Shown one piece after another: positions 11,834 to 24,060 of a stretch of 64,000 nt of DNA. Source of the DNA: Selaginella moellendorffii (lineage: Eukaryota > Plantae > Lycopodiophyta); contig NW_003314316.1 of the NCBI RefSeq assembly GCF_000143415.4, forward strand, positions 874,669-938,668, in the 5' to 3' direction. The position numbers were made by a program, and so were the translations under genes. Position 1 is the first letter of the stretch. Every line of letters begins with the position of its first letter. The notes beneath the pieces were generated by a model. It ran no database searches. It worked only from the letters and a program-made list of their open reading frames with translations, and was not told the DNA's origin.

Positions 11834-12211
11834 ATGGCTCGTAAGAAGAAAACGGCGAAGAGGAACGTCCGAAGGGACTCTGGGGACAAGGACAAGGAGG
11901 GGGCGCGAGAGGTAAAACCAGAAGCGACGAAGAATCTAGTGGAGGAGGCGACGATCGATCCAGCCGATGCCCCTGGCCGCGAGGAAGAGGAAGAGGACGG
12001 GGATGCCGATGTGATCTGGGTTCCTCCCCCTCCCTCTCGATCCAGCAAGCGCAGGAAAAACACCGGCGGCGATCCAGAGGTGGAGTGGGAGCTCGTTTCC
12101 TCGCGACCCATCAAGAGCTTGGAGGAGATCAAGGCCTCCAAGAGCTTGGAGGAGATCAAAGCCTCCACTCGATCAACAAGGAAACGAACAGTTACAGCGG
12201 TAGCAGTGTGA
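11834..12211 (+). CDS. Hypothetical basic/acidic low-complexity protein (125 aa, NLS-like motifs)
   Basis: GC-rich ORF in AT-rich flanks. ATG follows a TTTCAG acceptor-like site. MARKKKTAKR and SKRRKN basic clusters, plus a 27-bp internal duplication (KSLEEIKAS x2). No domain recognised. Confidence 0.5.
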   Translation: MARKKKTAKRNVRRDSGDKDKEGAREVKPEATKNLVEEATIDPADAPGREEEEEDGDADVIWVPPPPSRSSKRRKNTGGDPEVEWELVSSRPIKSLEEIKASKSLEEIKASTRSTRKRTVTAVAV

Positions 12212-12301
12212 TATGATGCTAAATGATGTATAGAAGTTTTCAAGAAAGATTTCCCGTCCTCGTGCTTGATCCTTATTATTTAGAAAAATAATCCCAGGCC
12301 T

Positions 12302-13597
12302 CTAGCAATGCCTGGGAACTCTCCATTCGATCTTATACTTGTCTCTTTGTTCTTGAGTCATGAACTTCCAGAGATTCCAATCCTCTGCTACGAGCTGGAG
12401 ATCTTGGAGCTTGTTCTCCAGGCCTGCTCCACAGCAATTGGCGTGCATGGTGCAAACGAGCCCCAGATCCTTTGGACGCTCACAAAACCCTCCAAAAAAC
12501 TCTGTGCTGAGGAATCGCAGCCTCAGTCCCAGGGCCGAGAACTCCGGGCTGAATTTAATGTCGTTGAGCACGTCCTGGTCGTGGCGGCCAGGGAATCGCA
12601 GCCGCGCGTCATACCACAGCTCGTAGAGCGCGATCGTCCTGTTGCTGGACACAGCGTGGACGAATCCCCCGTTTGGAGCGTTGTTCAAATCGTTGTCGAT
12701 TCCAGTGAAGTGATCCGATGCGATCTCGAAGTCCGCCACGGGATGGAATTGAGGGAATGGATCGCGAAACCAGAGAATATCAGCATCCTGACAGAAAACC
12801 AAACGAAAGTTAGTGAAGACATTTAGACAAAATTTAGGGTTCTTCCGTGATCTTCGGGATGATCACTGTACGAAAGAGAGCTAGGTACGGTACCGTGAAC
12901 ACGAAGCTATAGCCGAGCTGGAGAACGACGCGGAGGAAGTAGATCCTCCTCCACATCATCTCGAGGTAGTCGGGGGTCATGAAGCGCTTCTGCTCGCCCG
13001 CAAAATTGATGCCATCGGTGCGCAGGAGGAAGCAATGCCGGTGGATTTGGGCGCAGCGCTGGAACGAGGGCGAGTCCAGGGCGATGATCACCAAATGAGG
13101 GAGGAACCGCTCGGTCTCGATTCCCTTGTGGAAGCCATCGAGGAAGAGATCGATCATGGTATTGTTTTCTGCCCATGCCTGGTTGAGAGTGGTGAGGATC
13201 ACGGTCTTGTTGTGGAATTGCGCTCTGTGGAGGATCTTCTTGAGGTTTTGGAGCTCTTTCACGCTCTATATGTACAAATTTGCCAATCAGCCTAGAAACA
13301 AGTCGATCTAAATTGTCAACTCACAAAGTTGCTGGTGACCGAGAGGCTCTGGAAATCGAAGTTATCCTTGCTGGGACCATGCCCGCCATCGTCCATGGTG
13401 GTGCTCGAGTTTGATGCATGCGCTGCTAACCATGAATTTTCGGTGACACCAATGTTCTCTTCCAGAATGGCTTGATCGCGGGCTTGATTGCGGGCTTGAT
13501 CGCCACTAAATGATAGAACCAAGCCTAAGAAAACGAGGATGCAAAGGATCCCTGCTGCTGGAAGCATAGCTTGCTGCAATTTTTTGGTTCCCTCCAT
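12302..13597 (-). CDS. Nucleotide-diphospho-sugar transferase family protein (GT77-like, type II membrane); exons 13597-13325, 13265-12894, 12787-12302
   Basis: N-terminal TM anchor and motifs TVILTTLNQAWA, YLEMMWRRI..L..VLQLGYSFVFT|DADILWFRDPF (DxD), HDQDVLN, CTMHANCC. GT-AG introns join the exons in frame. Confidence 0.92.
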
Positions 13598-15139
13598 CTG
13601 GAAAAAGCACCAAACATTTGCTAGAAGAAGGAATTGGAAGCCGCCATGATGGGGAATCTCTTTGCCTTCGTTTGAAATCAATCGAATTTAGATTATGCGA
13701 GTTTTATCATTCTTATGATGGGATTATTCTCTCTAAGTCTAAGATTCGCATGCAAACGCAATACAAGTTGACCACCGATTTTTAAGAAATGCATTAATTA
13801 TAAAAAATGTTTGGTGACAAAAAGTCTTTGGTTCTATACAGAGATAAATAATTTACATTTTACATATAAATCTGACCAATTCAGCTTCACATTAGCGAGT
13901 AGCTTAATTGGTTTGCTGTTTAATATGAATTTTCAAACTTCATAAGAAATCAAAGAGGTAATGTGGGGTTCAATTGATGAGGCTTTACCGGCAAATAATC
14001 TAGAATTGCATTGTCTCATGAGTTGGACATTGCAAGAGTATGTATTATTCTTTCGCACAAAGACTTTAACCCTCGTAATTTAGATCCAACTAACATCATA
14101 GAGATCTGACGTTAACCCACACCAAAAGAAGGCACATTGTGGTGTGATACCATGTAGTTGGCTCTGAGAATATTTTTATTTCATAGGAGTTTATAGTTTA
14201 TAAACTTTTTTAATTCCAGGTTATAAGATTCAAGTGGAAAAACTTCTTTATCCTTGCAAAGGTATTGATTGTTGGGGATGTTCTAATCTTTGCAAAGTCC
14301 AATTGCTTTGGAAGCTATGACCATTCATCTTTCTTAATCACCTCAATGGTACAATTTGCAAAACAAGAGCATACAAATTAAGCTTTCACCAAGAACACTA
14401 AGTGACAGATAGAAAGTAGAAGAAAGGAAAGCCTCCATTTTTATTTACAAACAGATTGTTTGAGATAATCTTTGGATATCATGTACAATTGGACGAAGTG
14501 AACCACATTCTAGGTGAGAGACAAGCTAAGTGACGAGAGCATCAAGAATGATTCGGTGGTATGGGACTGCCTTTGCACAAAAAGATGAGAAGGGAGTAAT
14601 TTTTTTTGTTTATTTAAACCCTAAACCCTAAACTTAACCCTTGGGATTTTGAACAAAGTTACTCTAAAATAATTCTAGAACATTTAAAATCCTAATGCTA
14701 AAAGTAATACCAAATGAGATCTAAAAACCTACATTGAAGAAAGAGAGAAAATGTTAGTTTTACTTACAACATCAAACTCTCAAGCTTTGCGTAAGTTGAA
14801 TCTCTTTCTATTCGCTGATACCATTGTCTATTCCCATCATTCATAACAAGATACCTCGTTGTCAGTGTAAATCCCAGCCACATTTCAAGCCTGGCAAAAC
14901 AAATTCCTCACTATATGATCCAAATACTTCATTGGATGTTCAGCTGCAAACTACTGCTCCTAAGTCATATTTCCGGATGCTGACGTCCCTCTCAGTTTAG
15001 AACACACTCAGAAACTGGCAGAGATCCATAAATTGCCTAAGTTATTTCTGCAAGCAGCTTCGTCGTTCCTTCACCCCGAGCCATCTGTTTGAGAATGGTT
15101 TAAAGTAACAGAACTTTCAAAATAGATTACCTGTTGTGG

Positions 15140-16558
15140 CTAAGAAACTTTAAATGGATCAATGGCAGCCAAGAAAATGTAGCATCCTCCATCTTGTACT
15201 TCTTTTTTCTCCAGAGCCAACTTTGATGCTTGAGCCCCCTCTTTGAAATCGTTCCAGCTCTTGCAAGCTCCTAAGAAATTCTTCCAGTCGGAGCTATCTG
15301 GCACAAAAGGCATGCTTTCCATCAAATCCCGAGCTCCACACAAATTGTTGGAGCGAGCGAGGACATCTGCAAAGCTCCTGTGATGGTACTTGGATAGCTT
15401 GACACCAAAATCCAGGCTTATCGACTGGAAACGAAGCCTTGCATCCGAGATTTCTCCGCCATGGCTGCAAGCGTAGAGAACAGCGAGCAAAGTAACCTCG
15501 TCAAGATCATGAGCGTTCAAGTTCGCTTCTGCAAAAAATGAATTTGCTTCGACAAATTGCCCAGCTTGAGCAAGTGCAGTTAAAACAATGTTAACGGAAG
15601 TAGTGTTCTTTTCAGGCATTTGATTGAACAAATGTTTTAGAAAATCTACATGAGAATTCACGTTTGATCCCAGAAATAAGTTTGCAGACACTACGTTTTT
15701 CACAGGCAGAGAATAATAGAGCAGCTTTGCTTGTTTGAAATGCCCATTTGAAGTATACGCTGTAAGCAAGCAATTCCAAGAGACAAGATTCCACTCAGGC
15801 ATTTGTAGGAAAATTTTTACCGCAAAACTCATTTGGTTTTCCTTGGAAAACGCATGAAGAACTGTCGTGTACGAAACGATGCTCTTGTACCTCATAGAAT
15901 CAAAAAAGTCTTTACAACTTAGCAAATGCCCAGATTTGGCATATGCCAAAAGCATCACGTTTGTGGCGATTAGATCCACCTCGGGCATGCTATGGAACAG
16001 AGAAATCGCGCCTGGAAGATCGCGAAAGTGTGCGAATCCTGAAAGCGCAGTTGTGAGCGAGATTAGATTTCTCTCCGGCATTGAATCGAGCAAGCGCTTG
16101 AGCTGGATAGATTCCCCACGAGCGGCAACTGCAGATAGGATGTGACAAAAGGAAACGAGACTTCTCTCTGGCATCAAATCGAAGAATTGCTCCACCGTTT
16201 CCAGATCCTTGGAGCCGCGGGAGTACGCGAGCAACATCGAATTCCACGAGATGATGTTTCGCAGCGGCATGGAATCGAAGAGGCGCTTGGCGGTGTCCAC
16301 GAATCTCTCTTCTTCGCTCCTGGCATACGCGGCGATGATCGTGTTCCAGGAGATGAGATTTGGAGCTAGGTGGCGATCGAAGACTTGCTTGGCACGACCA
16401 ACATCGCCATTTCGCGCGTAGGCCGCTAGCAGTGCGTTCCAGGCCTGGGGATTCTTCTCCGGCATTCGATTGAATACTTGCTCTGCCGCGACAAGATCGT
16501 GGCTGCGAGACAATTGGGTGATCTTCATCACCGAAACGATCGCATCACTGGATGCCAT
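15140..16558 (-). CDS. PLS-class pentatricopeptide repeat protein with a degenerate C-terminal E-type extension (PPR-A, 472 aa)
   Basis: Intronless ORF of ~31-aa repeats (MPE.NL.SWN..L.AY). S2/E-like end (MPFVPDSSDWKNFLGACK...YIFL). No DYW domain. Start taken at the first ATG (MASSDAI), which is conserved in the paralog at 26298. Confidence 0.85.
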   Translation of the reverse strand: MASSDAIVSVMKITQLSRSHDLVAAEQVFNRMPEKNPQAWNALLAAYARNGDVGRAKQVFDRHLAPNLISWNTIIAAYARSEEERFVDTAKRLFDSMPLRNIISWNSMLLAYSRGSKDLETVEQFFDLMPERSLVSFCHILSAVAARGESIQLKRLLDSMPERNLISLTTALSGFAHFRDLPGAISLFHSMPEVDLIATNVMLLAYAKSGHLLSCKDFFDSMRYKSIVSYTTVLHAFSKENQMSFAVKIFLQMPEWNLVSWNCLLTAYTSNGHFKQAKLLYYSLPVKNVVSANLFLGSNVNSHVDFLKHLFNQMPEKNTTSVNIVLTALAQAGQFVEANSFFAEANLNAHDLDEVTLLAVLYACSHGGEISDARLRFQSISLDFGVKLSKYHHRSFADVLARSNNLCGARDLMESMPFVPDSSDWKNFLGACKSWNDFKEGAQASKLALEKKEVQDGGCYIFLAAIDPFKVS

Positions 16559-16627
16559 CACTTTCGAATCACTCCATCTCTTTCTTCTCAGATAGATCAC
16601 GTCCCTATAGAATGTTCTTTTAACTCT

Positions 16628-17190
16628 ATGCTCTTTTAAGTATATCTTCTTGCAAGATAGCACAGAGAGAAATCTCCACACAAGGTCTACTAACAGATAG
16701 CAAAGATTTGTACAAGCTTCTCGCGCGCTGTGGAGAGGCCAAAGGTCTTCTCCAGGGAAGATACCTCCACACTAGAATCCTTCCAAGCGAGATACAAAGC
16801 AACGCTCCCAGAACGTTCAAATGTATGGTCGGTGAGGAAGCATGCAAGGTTTTCGAGACCATCAAAGAGAGAACTTTGATCTCATGGACGATCATGTTTG
16901 GTACATATACCAAAAACGTGGAAGGGAAGTTTCTCTTCAAAAAATGCCAAAGCGTGATATGGTATTGTGCAATTTTGTGTTAGCTTGGTATGCCCAAGTA
17001 GGTATACTGCTGAAACAGGCACCAGCTTTGAGAAAATGCCTGGGCATGATTTAGTTTCATGGACTTCTATGCTTAAGTTATATGCCCAAAGTGGGCATCT
17101 GTTCAAAGCCAAGTATGTTTGATAGAATGCCACACAGGGATATAGTCTCTTGGAGCACTATGATCAATGCCTTCGGTGAAAATGAAAAAT
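16628..17190 (+). pseudogene. Truncated, frameshifted paralog of PPR-B (26378-28117)
   Basis: High nucleotide similarity to 26378-26975, with a stop at codon 4, small deletions and frameshifts. Homology ends abruptly at ~17190 in AT-rich sequence. Confidence 0.9.
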
Positions 17191-18699
17191 GGAGTAGAAA
17201 GTTGGTTGAGTTTTGAGAATTTGTATTTTTAAATTGAGAGTTATTATTTCTCTAGGATAAAAAATTTCCATAAATTTTCTTAAGCCTTTTTAATAATTGA
17301 TATGTTAATCATTTTGCCCAAAAATCATTTTGTTTTGAAAGCTATTGTAAACTAGTGAGAAGAAGTTGGAGTTGACTTTGGTTAAATTAGACTTTTAAGT
17401 AGTTTATATAATATGACTTGAAAGGGATATTAACTTTTGGGGCTAAGGCAATTAAGTTAAATAAAATTTAAAGTTGGTGTAAGAAAGTGGTTGTTACATT
17501 TTTTTAGAAAGTGATCTTTATGTAGCGTTATATTTAGTGGTAAATTGCATCTTGTATTTTGTTAAACTTTATGAGAGTAATGAGTTTTTGTTGATCTTGA
17601 CTTGGTCTTAATAGCCTTGGCTAAGGATGATGATATCCAATTTAGTTGTTTGAGGTTGAAGTGTTAGTATCCATATTATAACCTTGTTTATTAAGAGGTT
17701 ATATACCATACGAGTCCATTTTATAGTATTTGTTTAGTTTTGATTAAGTGTTACATAATTAATCTCTTCAACACATATTCAAAGCTAAATGTATTAGTGA
17801 GTTTATTGCAATTGAGTTAGATTCAAATGGTCATTTAGTTTCCTTTATATTATACATAAAGTGATAGCTTCTTCTTTGATAAGTACATAAATCAATAATA
17901 TGGGTTTAGTGTTTGGGTCTTCTGAAGGCAACTTAACAAATAATTATTAGTTCTTTTGTGACTAATGGTTGTTTGTAGATTTCATTAAGAATTATTAACA
18001 CTTATTTTTTTGAATGATGATTTAATAGTGATGGGCTTGCTTTACTGGATAGTATTGTGGAGGATTGTGTCTTTATCCTTGCATGGTTTTCTTATGTTAG
18101 CATGTCGATTCTACCTCTGTCAATATAATTTAGTTGCGTTTAGTTTATAGTGTTGGACTTTATTCAATCTTGGACATGGTGACTCACTTTTAATAATGTT
18201 TTATTTAGAGTTTAATATTATTGAAAGATTAGTTTCAGATACTAAGTAGAATATCTTCAACCTTATTTAACTTGGTTGTTAAAGAGGTTTGAGTGGTGAT
18301 TCACTTTTGCTTTCTTTTAGCTTTGTTTTAGTATTCATGGCATTAAAGTGATGCCTTATTATTGATATTGTTGATATTAAGATTTAAGTGAAATCAAATG
18401 TCTCTTTATAGGATTGCTATTGAGTTTCATTCGTCTCAATACAAATAGTGTTGATGATTTAATTGTAACTTTATGTCGTTAACATTTTTGCAGTTGTTAA
18501 TTAGCAACTATATTGGCATTCAAACAAATTGAGTAGTAGGTTGAATTAGTCTTATTCTAGATGCAATTGCTTAATAGAGGTTGAGATTTAGCTTTTCTTT
18601 AAAAAGTGGTTTAATTGTGGACTATGCTACAGGGAACTAAACTCTTTGAGGTGTTGTATGCTAAAGGATCCAAAAATCATAACTAAAACTATAAAGAAT

Positions 18700-18865
18700 T
18701 TATTGAAGAGACCAAGTTTGAGATCAAGTCTAAGACTAACTTCGAGATTGAGTTCAAGGCCAAGTCTAAGATTTGAGATCGAGTTTGGGAATGAGTCCAA
18801 GATTGAGTTCAAGACCAGGTCTGAGATCAAGTTCAAAATCAATTTTGAGACCGAGTTAGAATACT
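18700..18865. repeat. Fragment of the same 6/12-bp tandem array family found in the LTR-like repeat
   Basis: Units GAGATCAAGTCT, AAGATTGAGTTC and AAGACCAGGTCT resemble 9590-9680. Confidence 0.6.
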
Positions 18866-20453
18866 CATATAAGTTATAGGGTGACAACTCAAAACAATCA
18901 TCTCCTAAGACTCAGTCTTAAGAGAATTCTTTAGTGGTGCTTTTAAATTGAGTTGAGGTGGGGATTTGGGGTTAGTGACCTTAGGTGGGAATGAGTATGA
19001 ATTTGAGGGGTGCCAAAAAGGCTTCCCAAAGAAATGTTTAAGACTAATTTTCACTCTTGGAAGGGAAATTAACTGTGATGCTTTTAACTCATATGAAATG
19101 GTGCCCCACTTAAATACTATATAACTCATACCACTTGAGTCCTCACTCCTTCCTAGGGGTTTGTGCTTTCCCTTTGGGAAGAAGTGGGGGAGTAAGGATA
19201 CCCATACCAAACTATTAGACCATGGTGTTTTCCCCCCAAGGTTTTAAAGTAAAATATGCACTTAAGACTTAAGATTTAAAAGGTCCCATGATTAAGTTTT
19301 ATTGTATTAAAGGATGTTAGGAATCATGTTTGGTATGCTTGGTTGCTAATGCCTGTAGAGAGTGTAGCCGAATTTTAAGTTTAGTATAACCCGAAAAAGG
19401 GAATTATGAGAGAATTTAGGAATCTGTGGATAGATGAATAACACACTATTGTTTATGTAGTGAGTAATTGAATCCAAGTAGAACCAAGTAAAAGCTAGTG
19501 CAATAAGCAAGAACTTTGGTGAGGGAATTTAACTAAGACCAAAACAAATATGGTTAGATAGATGAAACAAATTGGTAAATTAGAAAATGAAAATTTATGG
19601 CTTACATCTGTTATCTTTATGAAAGGAAGAGTTAATGATCGATATTGAAATTGTTGGCTCCTTATTGTATTTGAATTGAGGATATATCAACTATTGGTAA
19701 GTTTTATTATATTTGTTATGAAGTGAGTTACATCATACTATAAAAGATGAATTCATGGAGGATTCTTTTTATCATTTGTTGAACATACCTTTATTGTGCT
19801 TAACTTTTGGATTGATGCAAACATATTCCTCATTAGCATTTGTATTATAAAGTTTAGCTTATAAATGTTTTAAGAAGGATATTCTGGGTTGTACCATTAT
19901 TTCTTCTTTGGCATTAAAGTTAGTTTATATAAGACTTATAATCATTGTTAAACACGACTTGACTATAAGTTTCTTTGACCTTCTAATTCTTTGAGTTTTC
20001 ATACTCATTTTTCTATTTGTTAAAGGTTGTCGAGGAAGGTATTTTGGGTCAATTAGTTTTGATATTTAAGTTGGTGTTTGCATATGGCAATTTGAATGAT
20101 TTGCCATTATTCAGAAGGTGGATTATTTCTTTGATGATAATTATGCATCTCTTTATTAATGGAATGATTGATGATCTTTCACAATGGTTAATTATTATCT
20201 TTAATATAAATTGACTTTTTGCATTATCACATATTCTTTGTGGTTTGTTTTAGATTGGTATATTGGGTTTGTTTGAGCAACTTAAATTTTTTAGTATTGT
20301 TAAGGGGGATTTATTTAGATTGATTAATGCAATGTTGTTGATTTTATTGCATTTATTTTGTTCTATTGATTATTTACAATAGTTTATCTAAACCTTACTG
20401 ATAGGTTTAGTTTGTTTTTTTAAAAAGGTTGGGGCCTTTAGTTTCTCTCTTTA

Positions 20454-21556
20454 TGTCATTATGAGCAGGGGTATATTGTATTTACTATAGGATAACACCA
20501 CAAAGTGGAATCTAAACCCTCTTTGTGCCACATGACAAATGCCACGTGTCACATGCCACATGTCCAAAGGAACATGGTGTGGAACCCGAGGTTTAGGGCC
20601 TTGAGCCACTGAACGAAGGAACGGTGCCAAACTCCCAAGCGTGGAGCCAAGGAGTGATGGAACCGGACCACGAAGCAACTCCCAAGCATACAACCCAAAG
20701 AGTGAAGGGACAGGAGCCCGGAGCAACTTGGAATAGTCTTAGAGCAACCAGCATCCCAATGCTAGGATTAACATGCAAAACGGAGCCAAACAGAGTCTGA
20801 CGCTATTTCAGCATATTGGTGGCCTAACGTGAGGATATAGGTACTCCACCAGCTAGCATAGAATGGAACTTGGGCTTAGACCCAAGCCAAACGCAAAACA
20901 AGGACAGGCACACAAGCAGGAGCTAGACTATGCCTCAGATTTGTCAGCCATGCCCAACCTACCCACTATCCTTACTATACATTTGGAACCCCCCCCCCCC
21001 ACCCCCCTTGAGGAACACACGCTTTGGGCTTTCACCCCAAGCCTCCCTTAATACTAGGAGTTAGTCTCTATGACAAGCTCGAAACTTACTAAATATGGAA
21101 TGGCGCTAGATTGTGAATTTGGACACGGGACGAACACCATTGTGTTCAGGCTGATTTCTACATTCCGTAGATATGCCAAATGAGCAAATCTGGACACTTT
21201 CCATAAATAGCATTTGGGACCAAAATGAGACTAACACAAAGGGCATGATAGCGAGGGTGTTTGGCAGACACGGTAAGCTATCATTTAGCGACATTGAGGG
21301 ACCAATCTCAATATCACGGGGGTTCTTGATACTAGCAAGTGCAAGCCAATGACAGGGCAAGAAACACATAAGGTTCCTATGTTATGTTTATCCGATCTAA
21401 GTATACAATCATTGACTAGCTTCTCAACTAGCTCAAGTGGGAAATTGATAACGGGTCTAGCAATACTGACCTCCTGCCATCGTGGCAGTAAGGAAAGAAT
21501 ATCTGAAAGAACTAGCCAACAAGTAACTTTCGATACCCAAAGTCACATTCACGACA
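20454..21556 (-). mobile_element. LTR-like sequence (TG...CA bounded, ~1.1 kb)
   Basis: Bounded by TGTCA...CGACA, with higher GC than its flanks. 20985-21552 is homologous in inverted orientation to 21826-22370. No TSD found. Confidence 0.5.
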
Positions 21557-21821
21557 TATATCATCTTTTGTAAGTTAGGTGACACTCAGAGTAGCAAAAG
21601 TGGCTGACTTCATTGGTCATTTCTTTGTCAATGACAACTGAAAGGTGTTTGAGTTGGAGCACATTTGTATTAGACAAAGAGGTTACCCTTAACCCATTTA
21701 AGTTAATGCATTTTTCATATGAGTATGAACATTATGAAGTTTTTCTGGAGTTGTTTCGTTGACGATGGTATAGACTAGAGTATGCATTAATGAGGATGTG
21801 GATTTTCTATAAGGGGGGAGA

Positions 21822-22412
21822 GTTTGTGAATGTGACTACGGGTATCAAAAATTAGCAATTGGCGAAAGTTTTCAAATATTATTTCTTCACTGCTATGATG
21901 GCAAGAGATTGATATTGTTAGACCCTTTATCAAACCCTCTTATGTTAGTGGAGTTAGCTCGGCATTTTGAGTGTACTTAGACCAGACGAACATAAGTACA
22001 AAATTCCTATATGTTATTAACTAAACATACTTAGCTTGGTAAAGAGTTTCTGTCTCTTTGTGTCTTGCACTGACTAATGACAAGAACCCTTGCATATTAA
22101 AATTAGTCCCTAATATCGCCAAATGATAGCTTACCATATTTATTAAACACCCTTACTATCATGCCTCAGATGTTGGTTTTGTTCAGTCTCATTAGCTATT
22201 TATGGAAAATGACAAATATTGTTTTAAACATGATGGTGTTATTTCCGTATCCAAATTCACAATTTAACACTATTTCATATTTAGTAAGTTTTTGTGATTG
22301 TCCTAGAAACTAACTTCTAGGACTGAGGTAAAAGCCCAAAGTGTGCATTCTTTTAGAGGGGGTGGTTGGAACAGGAATATCAAGATACCAAGTTGAAACA
22401 GAATCTTCAACA
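21822..22412 (+). mobile_element. Related LTR preceded by a polypurine tract
   Basis: AAGGGGGGAGAG (21811-21822) precedes TTTGTGAATGTGAC, and the sequence ends TCTTCAACA. It is an inverted homolog of 20985-21552. Confidence 0.55.
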
Positions 22413-24060
22413 TCACCAATGTTTTATAGTTTCATAAGTGATAAAGTACAAGTAAATTAATGAGCTATTAAAATTGTATACAATGATGGTCTAGGCAAAG
22501 TTTTAGTTAGCCGAGAGAGGAGTTGCCTTTTTCCATTAAGAGTAGAGTCTACATGAATATACGGAGAAATGCATATGAGTTAAATACCATGATGAACATA
22601 GATAGTTGTGCCAAAGTTTAAAAACTACAAACACTTTAAAAAATGTAAAAAAGCAGTATAAGTTTATATATTTATGGTGGGCTAAAGGTAATGCTTATGA
22701 GAAAGCAATTCCAAGACTACATACTTAACTAGCATGGTGGTTTATTTGTTTTCCATATTGAGGGACTTTAGCTATTTTTCAAGTGAATAAGTATTAACAT
22801 TGATTTTTTTTTTTAATTTTCTTTCTATTATAGATAAGTTCTGAAACAATTGTTACCCAAATTCCAACAACAAATCTTATCGAGAGTTACTATGCAATGT
22901 AGCTATAAAAAATAAGTGGCTTTAAACATGTACCTCTATTTGAAGATTGCTAAAACAACTTAGTCATTTCTATCTTATAACAAACCTTTATACATGTTTA
23001 TATGAAAGGCTAAGTTATAAGAAATGGACCAAATCTTGAGGATTTAGTGGCATGCTTATCTATTATAACATTGATATGACTTTCTAGTCATAAGCTCACA
23101 GAGGTGATAGGATCAACTTTATATGATCTTAGAATTCAATTTGCTATAAAACCAATTAAAAACCTTGAAATTGTAAAAAGGAAGCAATGAACAAATAAGC
23201 TAATACAGCTAATAGATTTGCACTATTCTAAGTACAAGTATGTTACTAAAGAATAAAGAGGACCAGTGCTTCTGAGAAACCAAGAATTTAAATACTTCTA
23301 AGTCAAAGAACAAAATATTCATAAAATTGAGTGGGATATATGCCGACCTAGAGCAAGATTTGTAGTTAAGTGTTTTGCTTGGATTGGAGGAAAATTATGT
23401 GTTAAGAAAAATTATTATAAAAACCCTACACACTCCGACACCTTGTTTTTAGGGATGATAACAATATAGTGATCCTTCACAACATTGTAATCAGTTCATA
23501 TGGTTCTGTCCAATAGAATTTTTATACACATTGTTTGTTGCAATACAAATTATCCAAAAACATGCACCATGTACTTAACCAATTGAAGAAGGGGTGAACT
23601 TGATGAATTTGGAGCTTCAAACTTTGGTTGAAGCGAGCTTTAAATTTGAACAAAATATTTTACAACCACAAACTTAACCTTAACACTATTCTCAAGAAGT
23701 TCCGAAAATAAAAAACAATAAACATGTGAAGATTACAAATATTTGGTCAAAGAAAGCAAAAGTAACATACTCAAAAGCATTACAGTTGAAGGCAGAAGTT
23801 AAGAGTGTCAACAATATTATTATCATGAGTATACAATTCTTAGCTATAGAACTAATACTGTAAACATGAAAGTTTACAATATCACAATCAACTAAATTTC
23901 AAATTACACTTACACACTTCTTTCAATGTTAAACTTTTAGTAAGTCTTCATCCGTTGTAAGTATGTATTTTGTATATTATATGCTTCTTGGGATGGATTC
24001 AAATATTAAACTTTGGATTCATCACTTTGCAATGTATTAACATGAGGTGTTCATGACATT
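22413..24060 (+). mobile_element. Degenerate Mutator-like (MULE) transposase relic with a SWIM zinc finger
   Basis: Reading across stops and frameshifts gives FYSFISDKVQVN..AIKIVY...RERSCLFH (second catalytic Asp region and CxxH), LCQSLK...LWWAKG...LAWWF, PTTNLIESY (TTN..ES motif), and near 23870-23985 VYNITI...RCKYVFCILY (SWIM-like). Confidence 0.7.

Noticed and set aside
14615-14633. Telomeric repeat (TAAACCC)x2.7
   Set aside because: Too short for an interstitial telomere; at most a telo-box.
17200-20450. AT-rich, strand-biased tract as a Helitron or other TE relic
   Set aside because: Probably TE-derived, but I could not recover diagnostic motifs or termini.
22080-22245. Apparent N-terminal continuation of the MULE transposase (MIAYHIY..., LWKMTNIVL)
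   Set aside because: This DNA aligns with the inverted LTR-like copy at 21100-21340, so the peptide resemblance is probably chance.
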